Assembly: GCA_963728565.1 (NCBI GenBank)
Contig: CAVSLC010000025.1
Coordinates: 125,492 to 189,491, forward strand
Source: an uncultured delta proteobacterium
Lineage (GTDB): Bacteria; Desulfobacterota; Binatia; UBA9968
Length of the DNA stretch: 64,000 nucleotides
Direction of reading: 5' to 3'
A program made the position numbers and the translations under genes. Below, in pieces: positions 50,563 to 60,577 of this stretch. The notes below the pieces were generated by a model. That model saw only the letters and a program-made list of their open reading frames with translations, searched no databases and had not been told where the DNA came from. Positions within the stretch are counted from its first letter, which is position 1, and each line of letters starts with the position of its first letter.

Positions 50563-50657
50563 TGGCGGAGAAGGGAGGGAGTCGAACCCTCCGGGAACCT
50601 TACGGCCCCCAGACTGGTTTTGAAGACCAGCGGCACCACCGGGCACCTTCCTTCTCC
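50563..50657 (-). tRNA. selC: tRNA-Sec (anticodon UCA)
   Basis: Reverse complement GGAGAAGGAAGGTGCCCGGTGGTGCCGCTGGTCTTCAAAACCAGTCTGGGGGCCGTAAGGTTCCCGGAGGGTTCGACTCCCTCCCTTCTCCGCCA: 95 nt, 8-bp acceptor stem, TCA anticodon, long variable arm, GCCA end. Confidence 0.95.
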
Positions 50658-51327
50658 AGAGCAAGCCTGTTGCTTTCAGGTGGGCACCCGTTTCTCTGTA
50701 GCAATATCGATAACAATTTGCGAGGAGCCAGTCCATCGCTAACCTCAGCTTTAATCAGCCTGGCGATCTGTCCGGCCAGCAGCTTTCGCGGTTGAGGCTC
50801 TCTTCGCGCCGCATCCGTTGAATGTTGGTTCCTCAGACTATACTTCTGCTAGGCCAGCCCTGGCGACTTGCCGCATGACATTGCGCTACGGTTACCGCCA
50901 ATGTGAGGTCTTTACCCCCAACTGAGGTTTTGAATGGTCAATCGCTCTCCGTCGTAAAAGAAACCCTGTCGGCCTCTCGGCCTTATCTGCTGTTAGTTCC
51001 GCAAGTTGGCAACGTCTCGTTCGATCTGAGGGTGTAAACCGCGGCTTAACCGTGCCGGCAGTAACCGCTTGCCTGTATGAGGTCGTACGGACAGAGGTGT
51101 TGACAGAGGCGTACCCGAGGTGTATTACCGCCGCGGTTTACATGCTGCATCATCGGCCAGACGGCGAGAACATGAGATCAATACAGCGGCTGATTGGCAT
51201 TAATCCTCTGTTATCTATCTGCCTGTTTTCGTTCTCCGGCAACACATCCCAAATAAGAATCGCTATCCCCCTGCATTATTCAAACCCTGCGAGATCTATA
51301 CATCCTGACGAACTTCGAGGTGATCCC

Positions 51328-51531
51328 GTGACAAAAACTTTCTATCGAAAGCTACCCAGGGAGAACGTATGGCACTTTTGCAGAAACTGCGAGCACTGGC
51401 CCCAATCTGGTTACGAGCAGCGAGACAGCTCGGATCCGCCGTATAGCTTTTGTAATGGTTGTATTCAGAAGCACCGTGACGGCAAATGCGAGTGGTTTCA
51501 CGAAGAAGGATCGCCGCCAAAAAGGACCTGA
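51328..51531 (+). CDS. small Cys-rich hypothetical protein
   Basis: GAGGTGA RBS before GTG; WHFCRNCEHWP...FCNGC...C. Confidence 0.6.
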   Translation: MTKTFYRKLPRENVWHFCRNCEHWPQSGYEQRDSSDPPYSFCNGCIQKHRDGKCEWFHEEGSPPKRT

Positions 51532-52558
51532 TTATCGGTGCAGGGGAGGGACGGCGCGGTTAAGGTTGTATGCCGGCTTTCGAAGTATCAACTGAACCCG
51601 GATTGCGCAGTTGAAGGAGAAGTCATGAGCGAGGAGCAAACCTTCCGCAGCGCAGACAATGCGTTTGTACCTTTGAGAGGCGACAACTGTCGGTGCCGTG
51701 CGTAACGACGTCACGCAAATAGAGGCGGCGAGCCAAGCATCAAAAAAGACTTGAAACGGAACACTCCGGTGTCTTCGCTTCTCCAGGCTTGCCCCTCGCT
51801 CAGTTTTTAACTGCGGAATCCGGGCGCAGTTGACGTTCTCTCGTGAGTTGCTGCGTCGATCTGAATATTTTTAGCTGGATAAACGCGATGCTAGCTGGTT
51901 CGCTGGAGTGTAAAATAAAGAAGGCGCTTCGGTTTGCAGGCGGGGTTAGAATACTCAGTCATCGACGTTGTCATTGTAAGAACTCTCCCATGTCGCCTCT
52001 CAATCAACTTCGTAGCCAACTATCAACGTTGGCATCACTCACCGAGCTGATTAAAGCCGCTCTGTTTTTAGCTTGCCGCTCAGGCGTTTTCTTATCAGGC
52101 GCCGTTCTGCCGTCGACGGGTCGGCAACTTTAGCTGATCGATTATTTTTCTTCTTACCCCAGCGCAGTTCGGCAACGATCGTATCCGTAAGGGAGAGAAG
52201 CGTGTAGAACTGCGGTCCTATAGAGATCGGCTTCTTTTCTTTTTTGCCCATAGCCAATCATAATCCAGCCCGCATCTTAACCGCAATAAATAATTTGCAC
52301 CGGAGCTTTGGGAGATGGCCATCAACGCTGATAGGACGGGCGGGATGCCTCGAGCAAATTCGATGCGATTAGCGTGAACTCTGCCCATCTGTTGCGCTCG
52401 TGCGACAGCCGCTGGCGGTCCATTCTCGGATGCGGGACTAGCATGTTTCTCAAGAATTCTCGCGAATCTTGTCTTGTTCCCAGACGTTCCTGGTCTCCTC
52501 GTTGCTCAGTGTAAAGGATGCTTGCAAACTAATATCATTGTGGAAGCGAGGGAGCTTA

Positions 52559-52951
52559 ATGATTGAAGTCACTGAATTCGAGACCAGAACTCACTGGCGC
52601 CGGAATCGGCCCTGGCCACAGGAAAACGGAGCGTATTCCGAAGAAAATGTGCCGGACGTGAGGTCTTTCCCGGCGCCTGAGACATGGGCTTCCTTGGGCA
52701 GCGATGTTCCCGAAAGTAATTCGCCTCTAAATGAGACTGGGGAAACGCAGCAGATCTCTCCCTATGATTTATTGAGCGGCATGGAGAGATGGGGCTTTTT
52801 GTACGGGTTGCCGGAGAAGCGAACCAGCAAAGGCCAGGTTATCAACGTGGAAACTCCTTCGGATGATTGGTGCTGGTGTAGCGATCCGGCTTTCACGCCC
52901 CGTATACGGCTAAAAAAGCGGATCTCTATCTTAAGCCATTTTGGCGGGTAA
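52559..52951 (+). CDS. hypothetical protein
   Basis: GAGGGAG RBS before ATG; co-oriented with the next ORF; no family recognised. Confidence 0.35.
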   Translation: MIEVTEFETRTHWRRNRPWPQENGAYSEENVPDVRSFPAPETWASLGSDVPESNSPLNETGETQQISPYDLLSGMERWGFLYGLPEKRTSKGQVINVETPSDDWCWCSDPAFTPRIRLKKRISILSHFGG

Positions 52952-52972
52952 AACCTCCTGAGGAGAGTATTC

Positions 52973-53212
52973 ATGTTGCCTGAAGCACAGCTTTGGACGC
53001 ACGTCATCATCCAAGCGATTCGCGACTCGGAAGCGCCAGCTTTGTCGACTCCATCGGACAAACGTTACGCTAAACATTGGCTGGCGTCGTCAAACGAGGA
53101 AATCGGCAGCTTTCTATGGGCTTGTCAGCTCATCAATGTAGACCCTCACTTCATACGCTCAGCCTTGATGAAACCGGAGAACCCGCGTAAGCGCCTAGGA
53201 AGGTCAAGTTAG
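52973..53212 (+). CDS. small hypothetical helical protein
   Basis: GAGGAG RBS; PEAQLWTHVIIQAIRD...AKHWL...GSFLWACQLINVDPHFIR pattern. Confidence 0.65.
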   Translation: MLPEAQLWTHVIIQAIRDSEAPALSTPSDKRYAKHWLASSNEEIGSFLWACQLINVDPHFIRSALMKPENPRKRLGRSS

Positions 53213-53239
53213 CTGGCCGGTTGGTAATTTCCGTTGAGA

Positions 53240-53722
53240 TCAAGTCTCAGGAAGTGATTTAGCAAGGAGCTCCAGGTCGTCGGCAATCAGTTCAAGTGTT
53301 AAAACATTTTCAGGATTTGAATAGAGCTTCGGCAAGTCTCGCCGTTGCAGGCCTTTGGGCAGTCTCCTCTGCAGTTCCTCTCTCAACAGGGCCGCGTCTG
53401 ATGCATAGTTTTGCCGGTAATCGCGTACCGAGGACGCCTGCGCGTCCTCGACCTTTTTGTGCCATCGATCCCGCAGAGATTTTCGTTCGGTTGTTCGCGT
53501 CGCCAGATATTCTGCCTCAAAGTCGCTAGTTATATCGCGATCTTTGTCATTATAGGAATAAACAAGTTTCCTAACGGCTTTGACTACGGTCAAAGCTCGG
53601 CTCTTAAGCTCCTTATTCGAGAGCTTGGAATACTTGGTACTCTCCGAAGCCGAAACTGGGCTTGTTAGAGCACCCAGCCCGCCCAAAAGAACAAGAAAAA
53701 AAATGATCTTACGCCTGTTCAC
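53240..53722 (-). CDS. exported hypothetical protein
   Basis: Signal peptide (NRRKIIFFLVLLGGLG...VSA) followed by a helical charged domain. Confidence 0.6.
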   Translation of the reverse strand: MNRRKIIFFLVLLGGLGALTSPVSASESTKYSKLSNKELKSRALTVVKAVRKLVYSYNDKDRDITSDFEAEYLATRTTERKSLRDRWHKKVEDAQASSVRDYRQNYASDAALLREELQRRLPKGLQRRDLPKLYSNPENVLTLELIADDLELLAKSLPET

Positions 53723-53818
53723 AAAATCTAATGGGCCGGCAGCTGCGGAACCGCCGCCGTCGGGAGATCGCTGCAGCATTTTTGGCTTCAGGAAACTGTA
53801 GAACGTCCCGTGACGCCG

Positions 53819-54157
53819 TCATGATCGAGAACTTCCGGAGGCTTTTTTCAAGTTACCATGTCCCTTGTGGTAGCGGCCGCAGAAACTACAATACTTTGCC
53901 TCTATATCATCTCGGCTGTGACTTGCTCTTCCACAGCTTTCGCATTGGATCGCCTCGATGTTGCCGTCCTCATCGAAGTTATAACGGTACCCAGGGGTGC
54001 GCGCCTGTTGGCGAGCGGTTGCCCATTCGGTAAAGACGAAAAGCCCAAACGCCGGCAGGGCGCAGACGAAAAAGAACCAGTGGAGGATCAGTCCAAGCGC
54101 CAGGAACACCGCCAACGCTAAAGCTGCTCCAGCTCCTATATCAGCGTAGTCTCTCAC
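53819..54157 (-). CDS. hypothetical membrane protein with C-terminal Zn-ribbon
   Basis: Two N-terminal TM segments; IQCESCG...KYCSFCGRYH. Confidence 0.6.
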   Translation of the reverse strand: MRDYADIGAGAALALAVFLALGLILHWFFFVCALPAFGLFVFTEWATARQQARTPGYRYNFDEDGNIEAIQCESCGRASHSRDDIEAKYCSFCGRYHKGHGNLKKASGSSRS

Positions 54158-54369
54158 TTAAGTACTTCCGACTCACCCAAGCAGCGTCGGCTCGCGATCA
54201 ACTTAGCTCTATCGGTGACCGGCGGCCGACCTTCGCCTTTAGTCTAGCGCCTTTTGGCAAATTTTTAATATCGGCGACTGCTTGAAAGTCACGCGGTAGT
54301 TCCAAGGTAAGTTGAGAAAATGCACAGAGGTCAAGCGGCATTTATCCGATGCGCAGCAAAGATTTCGTC

Positions 54370-54609
54370 TTATTGCTCAGGGAACTGTTCGGGTTTGCCG
54401 CGATCGATCCAGCATCGAATAGCGTTTAGGATAGCAGTTACCGCAGACGCCTTGATCTTGTAACGGCGCATCGGGTCAAAAAACGGGATAGTTTTTGAAC
54501 GACCTGCTTCAGTTATGTAAACCGTGGCGTCGCACGCCCAAGATCGAGTCTCGGCATTCCATTTCGGGTGAACGGCTATTCGATGATCCTTATGATTGAT
54601 CGGGCGCAT
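54370..54609 (-). CDS. small hypothetical protein
   Basis: 79-aa ORF with a beta-rich N-terminal half and an amphipathic C-terminal helix ending WIDRGKP. Confidence 0.5.
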   Translation of the reverse strand: MRPINHKDHRIAVHPKWNAETRSWACDATVYITEAGRSKTIPFFDPMRRYKIKASAVTAILNAIRCWIDRGKPEQFPEQ

Positions 54610-54819
54610 CTTCGAATACGGTACATCGATCCTAGCGCAAAACCTAATCGAGGAATAGGGGTGCCGACACGACCCCTACGTTGCTGCATGCGCGCCCCCC
54701 GGAAGAAGCGAATTCTTATCGGACAATCCTCAAGATGCAGATTGTATAGCTTGCCCAAATAGCGAATTGCGGAGAGTTGCAAGAGCGGCGAAGGCTCACA
54801 TCCTGTTCGGTCAGCGGTG

Positions 54820-55947
54820 TCATCCGGTCAGTGGAACAAATTCAAGCAAAATGGAAAATGCGATCAGAAGAATGATCACCCACTCAAGAATTTCCAGACG
54901 GCGAGTCGCCGCTTGATCGGCGATTTTTTCGTAGATGCTTTCGAGCGTTTGCAGCTTACGAATGATGCTCGAGTCCCATTCAGCCAGATGAAATCTCCGA
55001 TTGACCAGCCGGTAGACGCGCGCCAGATACTGATCGCCGAGAAGCTTGAGCGTGTTGTTGACGCCTTCGAACAACAACGCATTGTCGACTTGAAGCTCGG
55101 CTACACGGCGCAAATCAGTGCTGTAATAGCCGAGAAATCGTGGCAAGCTCCATGACCGCTTCGATAGCGTTTCGTAAGCTTCAAACAACGCGCGGTCGAG
55201 TTTCTGATCGAGGTAGCGCATTTCCAATAACTCGACATTGGCAAACTCCAAAACCGCCTGAACGTCGTCGCCTTCGCGATCGAGGAGCAGCGCGGCGTTC
55301 CAGTCGATAATGGTTAAATCGTCGGCGCCATAAGAAGTCCGGACGCTCAGCGCGTCCTGGACTTCCTGGAAGGAAAGACTCTGCCGTTCGGCGCGCAGGA
55401 TTCTTGCAATGTCGCGCTCGTGGCTCGCGCAAAAAGCCTCTGGACTCGCGGGCGGGTCCAGAGCAGCGATGCGAAAAATGACGTAATCTTCGACAACACT
55501 AACGGTATGCACGTTTACCGCGGCGTCACCCACAGCGCTGACGATCTGTTCCACCCGCAGGCGGGATTCGGTAAGCAGAATCTCGTTGTCGTAAAGATCT
55601 TCGCTGAGCGCCAGCAAAGCCGCAAATGGCCCCTGAATCGGAATACTATAGATCACCGAGACGGCGCCGAAGTCGTAGAGAACCAGGTCCACCATTCGAT
55701 GGCTTTTATATTCGCCGATGTTGATCGGCTGGATCTCCTGACTTAATCTCAGCGGTGGCGGTTGGTATTCAAGATAGCTGGGAGCGCGGCGTTTGTGCTG
55801 AATCGTCTGGCGCTGGGTCGCTTCGTGGATGCGGCGTTCGGCGGCGTCAAGGTCGATGGAGCGCGCCGCATCATAGGCGAAGAGCACATAGCAGACGCCT
55901 GTTTGAAGTACTGGATCGCTGCCTGCCGCGCCGGAGTCGGAGCCCAT
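54820..55947 (-). CDS. conserved hypothetical protein, RMD1/DUF155-like, C-terminal TM helix
   Basis: LYDFGAVS, LEFANVELLEMRYLD, GDQYLARVY, LEILEWVIILLIAF. Confidence 0.7.
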   Translation of the reverse strand: MGSDSGAAGSDPVLQTGVCYVLFAYDAARSIDLDAAERRIHEATQRQTIQHKRRAPSYLEYQPPPLRLSQEIQPINIGEYKSHRMVDLVLYDFGAVSVIYSIPIQGPFAALLALSEDLYDNEILLTESRLRVEQIVSAVGDAAVNVHTVSVVEDYVIFRIAALDPPASPEAFCASHERDIARILRAERQSLSFQEVQDALSVRTSYGADDLTIIDWNAALLLDREGDDVQAVLEFANVELLEMRYLDQKLDRALFEAYETLSKRSWSLPRFLGYYSTDLRRVAELQVDNALLFEGVNNTLKLLGDQYLARVYRLVNRRFHLAEWDSSIIRKLQTLESIYEKIADQAATRRLEILEWVIILLIAFSILLEFVPLTG

Positions 55948-56125
55948 GTGTCTAATCTAACACGAAGCGGCTCCGGATAGCATCGGGAGTTTGGCTGTTA
56001 TCGGTTCAAAGCTGACAAGAGAATTCGCAAATGTCCCGGTTCGAAGTCACAAACTTTTATCATATGTCGCGGCTCCTAAGGCGGCTAGCTTCAAGACAGT
56101 CGATCTTGATACCGTGGGCGGCGCA

Positions 56126-56575
56126 ATGAAACCACGAATCACCGTCAAAAAAATCTCGACTAATAAAGAGTTGGAGCAGGCCTTGCGGATTCGCATCCGG
56201 GTATTTGTCCGGGAGCAGGGCGTGCCCGCAGACATTGAGTTGGACGACGACGATAAACGAGCTCTTCACTTGCTGGCCTTTCTTGAGGGAAGGGTGGTCG
56301 GCACGGCTCGGATCGTGATGCGTGGTGGCCAAGCCAAAATCGGCCGCATGGCCGTCCTTAAAAGTCACCGAAGAAAAAAGGTCGGCAAAAAATTGTTGAC
56401 CTGCGCCATTTCCATCGCAAAGAAGCAGGGCGCGGAGAAAATCTTTCTTCACGCCCAAGTCGGCGTTATCAAATTCTATGAATCCGCGGGGTTTCGCTGC
56501 GTCGGTCCGGTTTTCGATGAAGCCGGCATTGCTCATCGGAAGATGATTCTGAAACCCGAAGAGAAGTCCGCTTGA
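56126..56575 (+). CDS. GNAT acetyltransferase (ElaA/YjcF-like)
   Basis: IRIRVFVREQGV, KIGRMAV, LHAQ, FYE..GF, FDEAGIAH. Confidence 0.9.
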   Translation: MKPRITVKKISTNKELEQALRIRIRVFVREQGVPADIELDDDDKRALHLLAFLEGRVVGTARIVMRGGQAKIGRMAVLKSHRRKKVGKKLLTCAISIAKKQGAEKIFLHAQVGVIKFYESAGFRCVGPVFDEAGIAHRKMILKPEEKSA

Positions 56576-57021
56576 ACTCGTCCGTTGTTTGTACTCGACG
56601 AAAACAGCTACCATAGCGACAACTGGCGCGACGTGAGTTTCCGACAAAAGACAGGATCGCTTGTCGAGAGTAAAGCCGCAACTGTCTCTAAATTGAATCC
56701 GTCTGCTTGTTCCGTCGCACGTTGCAAACTCGTCCCTAGGCAACTCATTCACTAAGTTGCGTCTTAAGCCAGACGGCGATACACCCAAAGGTCGTCTTTT
56801 TCCTACCGTGGAGCCCTACGTGGTTCGCCGACGAACACCGCTGAGTCGCCTCGAAACTTCAAACTAGATTACTGGAAGAATTAAGTTAAGTGGTGCGGCC
56901 GTCTCGATAGAGGCGAGAAAGAAGCATGCAGTCAGGAGGTGAAAGGACCAAGTCCGCGCGGCAGAAGGATCTCTCCGGTCCGAGAACTTCGATGTCTTAC
57001 CAAGCCGTGATCTAATCGACT

Positions 57022-59124
57022 TCAATAATCCAGATCGGTGACGTCTCGCCGTAGATCGCTGCCAAAGATGTTTTTCAAGGTCGGCCTGATCACGTCGAGG
57101 TCATTATCGAAGCAGCCGTGACTGCTCTTGATGTAGCGGCTGCCGACGTTGACCTGCGATGCTGACAGAACATGAAGGTTGCCGCTTGGTTTAGCTTTGC
57201 CGTCGGCAGCGAATCCTTTGGGGACCGAACCGCCCCAGAAGAACTTCTGCCACTGCTTGACCTGGCCCAGGGTATCGCTATGCCAATATTCTTCCGTGAC
57301 CCGGGCGCCGTCGAATGCGTTGGCCATGCCGAGCACCGGAGTTTTGTGCCATCGATCAAGCGCGCGACTTACCAGATAGAGCAAGGATTTTTGGTACGGA
57401 CCGACGCTGTCGTCACATTCCAGCTGGTCTGATAAAACGTGGATGCGAAACTCGGATCGGGCGAGTTGATGGTCTTCAACAGCCGGTTTGAAGTGATCCA
57501 GCGCGAACTTGAGGTCGCAGGCCGGAGCGTAAAGCGTGCAGGATTTTACTTTGATATTCTTTTGCCGGAGCTCGGATAACAACCGGCCGCAAATAAACGA
57601 TCCCGCCGAGTGGCCGACGAGATGAACCTGCAACTTGCCGCCGGAATCTGCGGCCAATCGTTTCAGCTGTTGCGCGAGCTGGTCGATGCCGCGTCCGGCC
57701 TCGATGGAACGACTCACATTCTCTTTCATTTCGGACCAGATGCTCTTGCCGACCACGCCGCGTAGAAATACTTCCAACGCGCGGTCGGAGGCTTCCACCA
57801 GCATGTCTCCCAATCCGCGCCGAGGCACGATCTGATCGCCAAATAAATTCTTCATGCCGTCGGCCAACATACTCCCAAACGTTTCATGCCAGCCGCTCTT
57901 CCAAGTCGTGAATACGGGAAAGATGCCGTTTTCACGGAAGCAGGGTCCCAGCAGACGGATCCGCTCTATCGAATCGCCTTCAGAGTTGAGACCGCCGTGA
58001 GCGTAAATAGCGATGCGCCAGGGGGCATTGCGCGCGTTGGCTTTGAACCATTTCAAAGGCTGCTCATAGCTGACCCAGTCGACATTGCCCTTTTCATCGG
58101 CGACATGCGGCAGGCGGTTGACGACGTGGCCGTCGTTTCCGGTGACGATGGTGTGCCAATAGGCTTCCTGCTCAGACCAGCACATCTGCGACGATTGGCG
58201 CCGGCCGAGAGCCGGGCCAATCAAGCCGGAACTCGTCGGGGTTGATGAAAGACCGGCGCTACTTCTGACGAAGTATTGTCGCTGGCGCAGATTCTGAACC
58301 GGCGCGCCCAGTGACATAACCCAGGCATCCGTCCCGTTGGCTATCCAGTCATCATAAGGAAGAACTGCGAAGCCGGAAGCGCCCCATCTCCCGCCCCAAG
58401 AGTTCTGCACGATAAACCCGATGTCGTTGTAACCGACCAGAGCGAAAGCGTGGCCGCCCAGTCCTTTGTTACTGGCATCGATCACCGGCAGCGTCTTGTG
58501 CGTTGCCGCGCCTTGTTTCGCTTTGACGTCCCAACCTTCATGCACGTTGGCCGACACGTAGACTGCCCCGGTGTCGTAGATCGCGGCTTGAATATCGACC
58601 ACCGATTGACGGTCGACCCGATAGTAGACCCCCAGCGGGCGCCCAATCGCATCGGTGTCCCATCCCTCCGTCGGGGGAATGAAACGAGCTCCATTTTCAT
58701 CTCTGTAGGGCCAAAGAATGTCGGTGCAGACGCCGTGGCGGTGCCAACCTTTGAGCGCTCCCCGGCAGCTCGATCCTTCATAACCCTCCCCAGGCCATTC
58801 ATCGTAGAAACGCGCTAGGTGATAAAGCATTCGCGGACTAACCTTGTCCTTACTTCTAAGCTTCAGGCCCGATCTGCGCCACAACAAATAGTTGATCACT
58901 GCCGCCAAACCAAATCCGGTGCAGGCGCCTTCTGATTCTTGATCGAGAACGAGACCGGCGGCGAGATAGCGCGGCAAAAGCTTGGAAATATCCTTTTCCC
59001 CTGGATAAATCGGCGCCAGGCAAACCACCGATGGGCGATAGGGTAAGTCGCGCAGGTCAAGACGATCCGGCCGCGCATCCAGTGTAATCGGCCGGCCGGC
59101 AATCTCGATGGTCTTTGTCGGCAT
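57022..59124 (-). CDS. C1 (papain-like) cysteine peptidase fused to an alpha/beta-hydrolase domain
   Basis: DQESEGACTGF (Gln/Cys), GGHAFALVGY (His), QNSWG (Asn); C-terminal YAHGGLN, VGHSAGS nucleophile elbow, SHGCFDND; no signal peptide. Confidence 0.88.
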   Translation of the reverse strand: MPTKTIEIAGRPITLDARPDRLDLRDLPYRPSVVCLAPIYPGEKDISKLLPRYLAAGLVLDQESEGACTGFGLAAVINYLLWRRSGLKLRSKDKVSPRMLYHLARFYDEWPGEGYEGSSCRGALKGWHRHGVCTDILWPYRDENGARFIPPTEGWDTDAIGRPLGVYYRVDRQSVVDIQAAIYDTGAVYVSANVHEGWDVKAKQGAATHKTLPVIDASNKGLGGHAFALVGYNDIGFIVQNSWGGRWGASGFAVLPYDDWIANGTDAWVMSLGAPVQNLRQRQYFVRSSAGLSSTPTSSGLIGPALGRRQSSQMCWSEQEAYWHTIVTGNDGHVVNRLPHVADEKGNVDWVSYEQPLKWFKANARNAPWRIAIYAHGGLNSEGDSIERIRLLGPCFRENGIFPVFTTWKSGWHETFGSMLADGMKNLFGDQIVPRRGLGDMLVEASDRALEVFLRGVVGKSIWSEMKENVSRSIEAGRGIDQLAQQLKRLAADSGGKLQVHLVGHSAGSFICGRLLSELRQKNIKVKSCTLYAPACDLKFALDHFKPAVEDHQLARSEFRIHVLSDQLECDDSVGPYQKSLLYLVSRALDRWHKTPVLGMANAFDGARVTEEYWHSDTLGQVKQWQKFFWGGSVPKGFAADGKAKPSGNLHVLSASQVNVGSRYIKSSHGCFDNDLDVIRPTLKNIFGSDLRRDVTDLDY

Positions 59125-59214
59125 CTTTAAATCCTTCCGTCGAGCACAATTGACTAATGGTTTATTAAAATTCCAATTACAGGCTACTCAAAAAACCTCT
59201 AGGCGACACCGAAA

Positions 59215-59278
59215 CTCGTGCTCGTGTCCGTGAAAACGTGATCGAGAATCCTGGAACGAACACGAAAACACGAACACC
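59215..59278. repeat. imperfect CGTG/CACG hexamer-repeat palindrome
   Basis: CTCGTGCTCGTGTCCGTG..ACGTG ... ACGAACACGAAAACACGAACAC. Confidence 0.45.
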
Positions 59279-59348
59279 AATGTGCCATGCGATTGAGTGA
59301 ACCCTTCGACGATCTATGGCAATCGGCATCCGAGTGTTGCCAGCAGCT

Positions 59349-60164
59349 CTACGCCAATGCCTTCCATGCCTTCATGCGCGAAGTGCCATAAAGATTGGGA
59401 GACTGCGGATATTGCTGTGAAGGAAGTGTTTTGCGAATCGCCTGATACCATTGCTTGTAGCTCGCCTTGGGCGAGAGACCGGAGAGCGCACGGATTGCGA
59501 CGAATGTGAAGGCGCCATTGGGACGTCCCTGAAAGGAAGCGTCATAGCTGTATTCGGTATCCTGGCAGCCGGCCATCAGGAGCGCCGCGTAACGTCCTGG
59601 AGGAGCGGAACTGCGTATGCCGCGGCCGATGCCGAGTTTGCTTATGTCGCGTTTCGATAAGAAAGTTGCCGGCGGCAAGAAGCGCACCTTGCGAGTGGGC
59701 GCGCCCCTGCCTTTAATCGTCGGCGGGGTAGTGATGGGCGCGAACTTCGCGACCGTTCCCGAATGGCAGGAATCTGAAATGACCAGGAGCTTAACGCCGG
59801 TCTGTTTGCTGCTATAGAGCTCGAAGAGCTCGTCATCGGTAATCGGACCTTTGGAATTGATGTCATAGGGGCAGATACATTCGTCGGTGCCATCCGGCTC
59901 ATCGCCGTTTTCATCCGGCACATACGAGCCGTGTCCGGAGTATTGAATGATGACGGTATCGCCGCTTCTTGCCCCGCCGATGGTCGACTCGATGGCGCTT
60001 CGAATATTTTTGCCGGTTGCCTTCTTATCGATGATCTGCAAAACGGCAAATCCCCTCTTCTCAAGCAGGGCACTCCAGTCCCGAACATCGTTGACGCAGC
60101 CGGCCAGATCGCTGCCGGTTCCTGGATAATCATTAATGCCAATGCACAATGCGTATTTCGCCAT
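59349..60164 (-). CDS. caspase family (peptidase C14, metacaspase) protease
   Basis: ALCIGINDY, LAGCVND, YSGHG (His), SDSCHSG (Cys), p10-like AGCQDTEYSYD...GAFT...QSP; GGAGG RBS. Confidence 0.93.
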   Translation of the reverse strand: MAKYALCIGINDYPGTGSDLAGCVNDVRDWSALLEKRGFAVLQIIDKKATGKNIRSAIESTIGGARSGDTVIIQYSGHGSYVPDENGDEPDGTDECICPYDINSKGPITDDELFELYSSKQTGVKLLVISDSCHSGTVAKFAPITTPPTIKGRGAPTRKVRFLPPATFLSKRDISKLGIGRGIRSSAPPGRYAALLMAGCQDTEYSYDASFQGRPNGAFTFVAIRALSGLSPKASYKQWYQAIRKTLPSQQYPQSPNLYGTSRMKAWKALA

Positions 60165-60378
60165 GAATGCCTCCATTGAATTTTTGGCCGTATGTTAATA
60201 TCGAAAGTAAATTTCGTCTATGAAAAATATTCGATCGACAAGACCGCGATGAGGAAAAAACTTTCTGCACCGGAAAAGTGATAGTCATTATTGCGCGTTG
60301 TTCGTCTCGAGGTTCGGGTCGAGGCCTTATTGAACGTCATACAGTTCGCTGATGCCTTGAGGCGGTGATATCCGATCC

Positions 60379-60406
60379 TTGACAGGTTTGTCGTCCATGT
60401 TAACTT
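60379..60406 (+). promoter_or_regulatory. sigma70-type promoter for the tctC-like gene
   Basis: TTGACA-N16-TAACTT with an extended -10 TGn. Confidence 0.45.
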
Positions 60407-60429
60407 ACACCGTCATCATTTTAGTTCCG

Positions 60430-60577
60430 CAGGCTGCTGAAAAAGACCCATATGCTTCGTTGCGCTCAATCGCCTCGCTGCAACGTACTGTAAGTACGCC
60501 TTAGCTCGTCGATTTCTCGTGCGCCTCGCCTCTGGATCTTTTTGAGCAGCCTGCAATCAGATTTTTTCAGCAACCTG
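60430..60577. mobile_element. MITE-like TIR repeat element, copy 4, flanked by a direct repeat
   Basis: CAGGCTGCTGAAAAAG...CTTTTTGAGCAGCCTG...TTTTTTCAGCAACCTG; TTAGTTCCG lies on both sides (60421-60429 and 60578-60586). Confidence 0.85.

Noticed and set aside
50563-54800. selC-integrated genomic island or prophage
   Set aside because: The tRNA 3' end abuts pgm. No integrase, phage structural gene or duplicated tRNA 3' end was seen.
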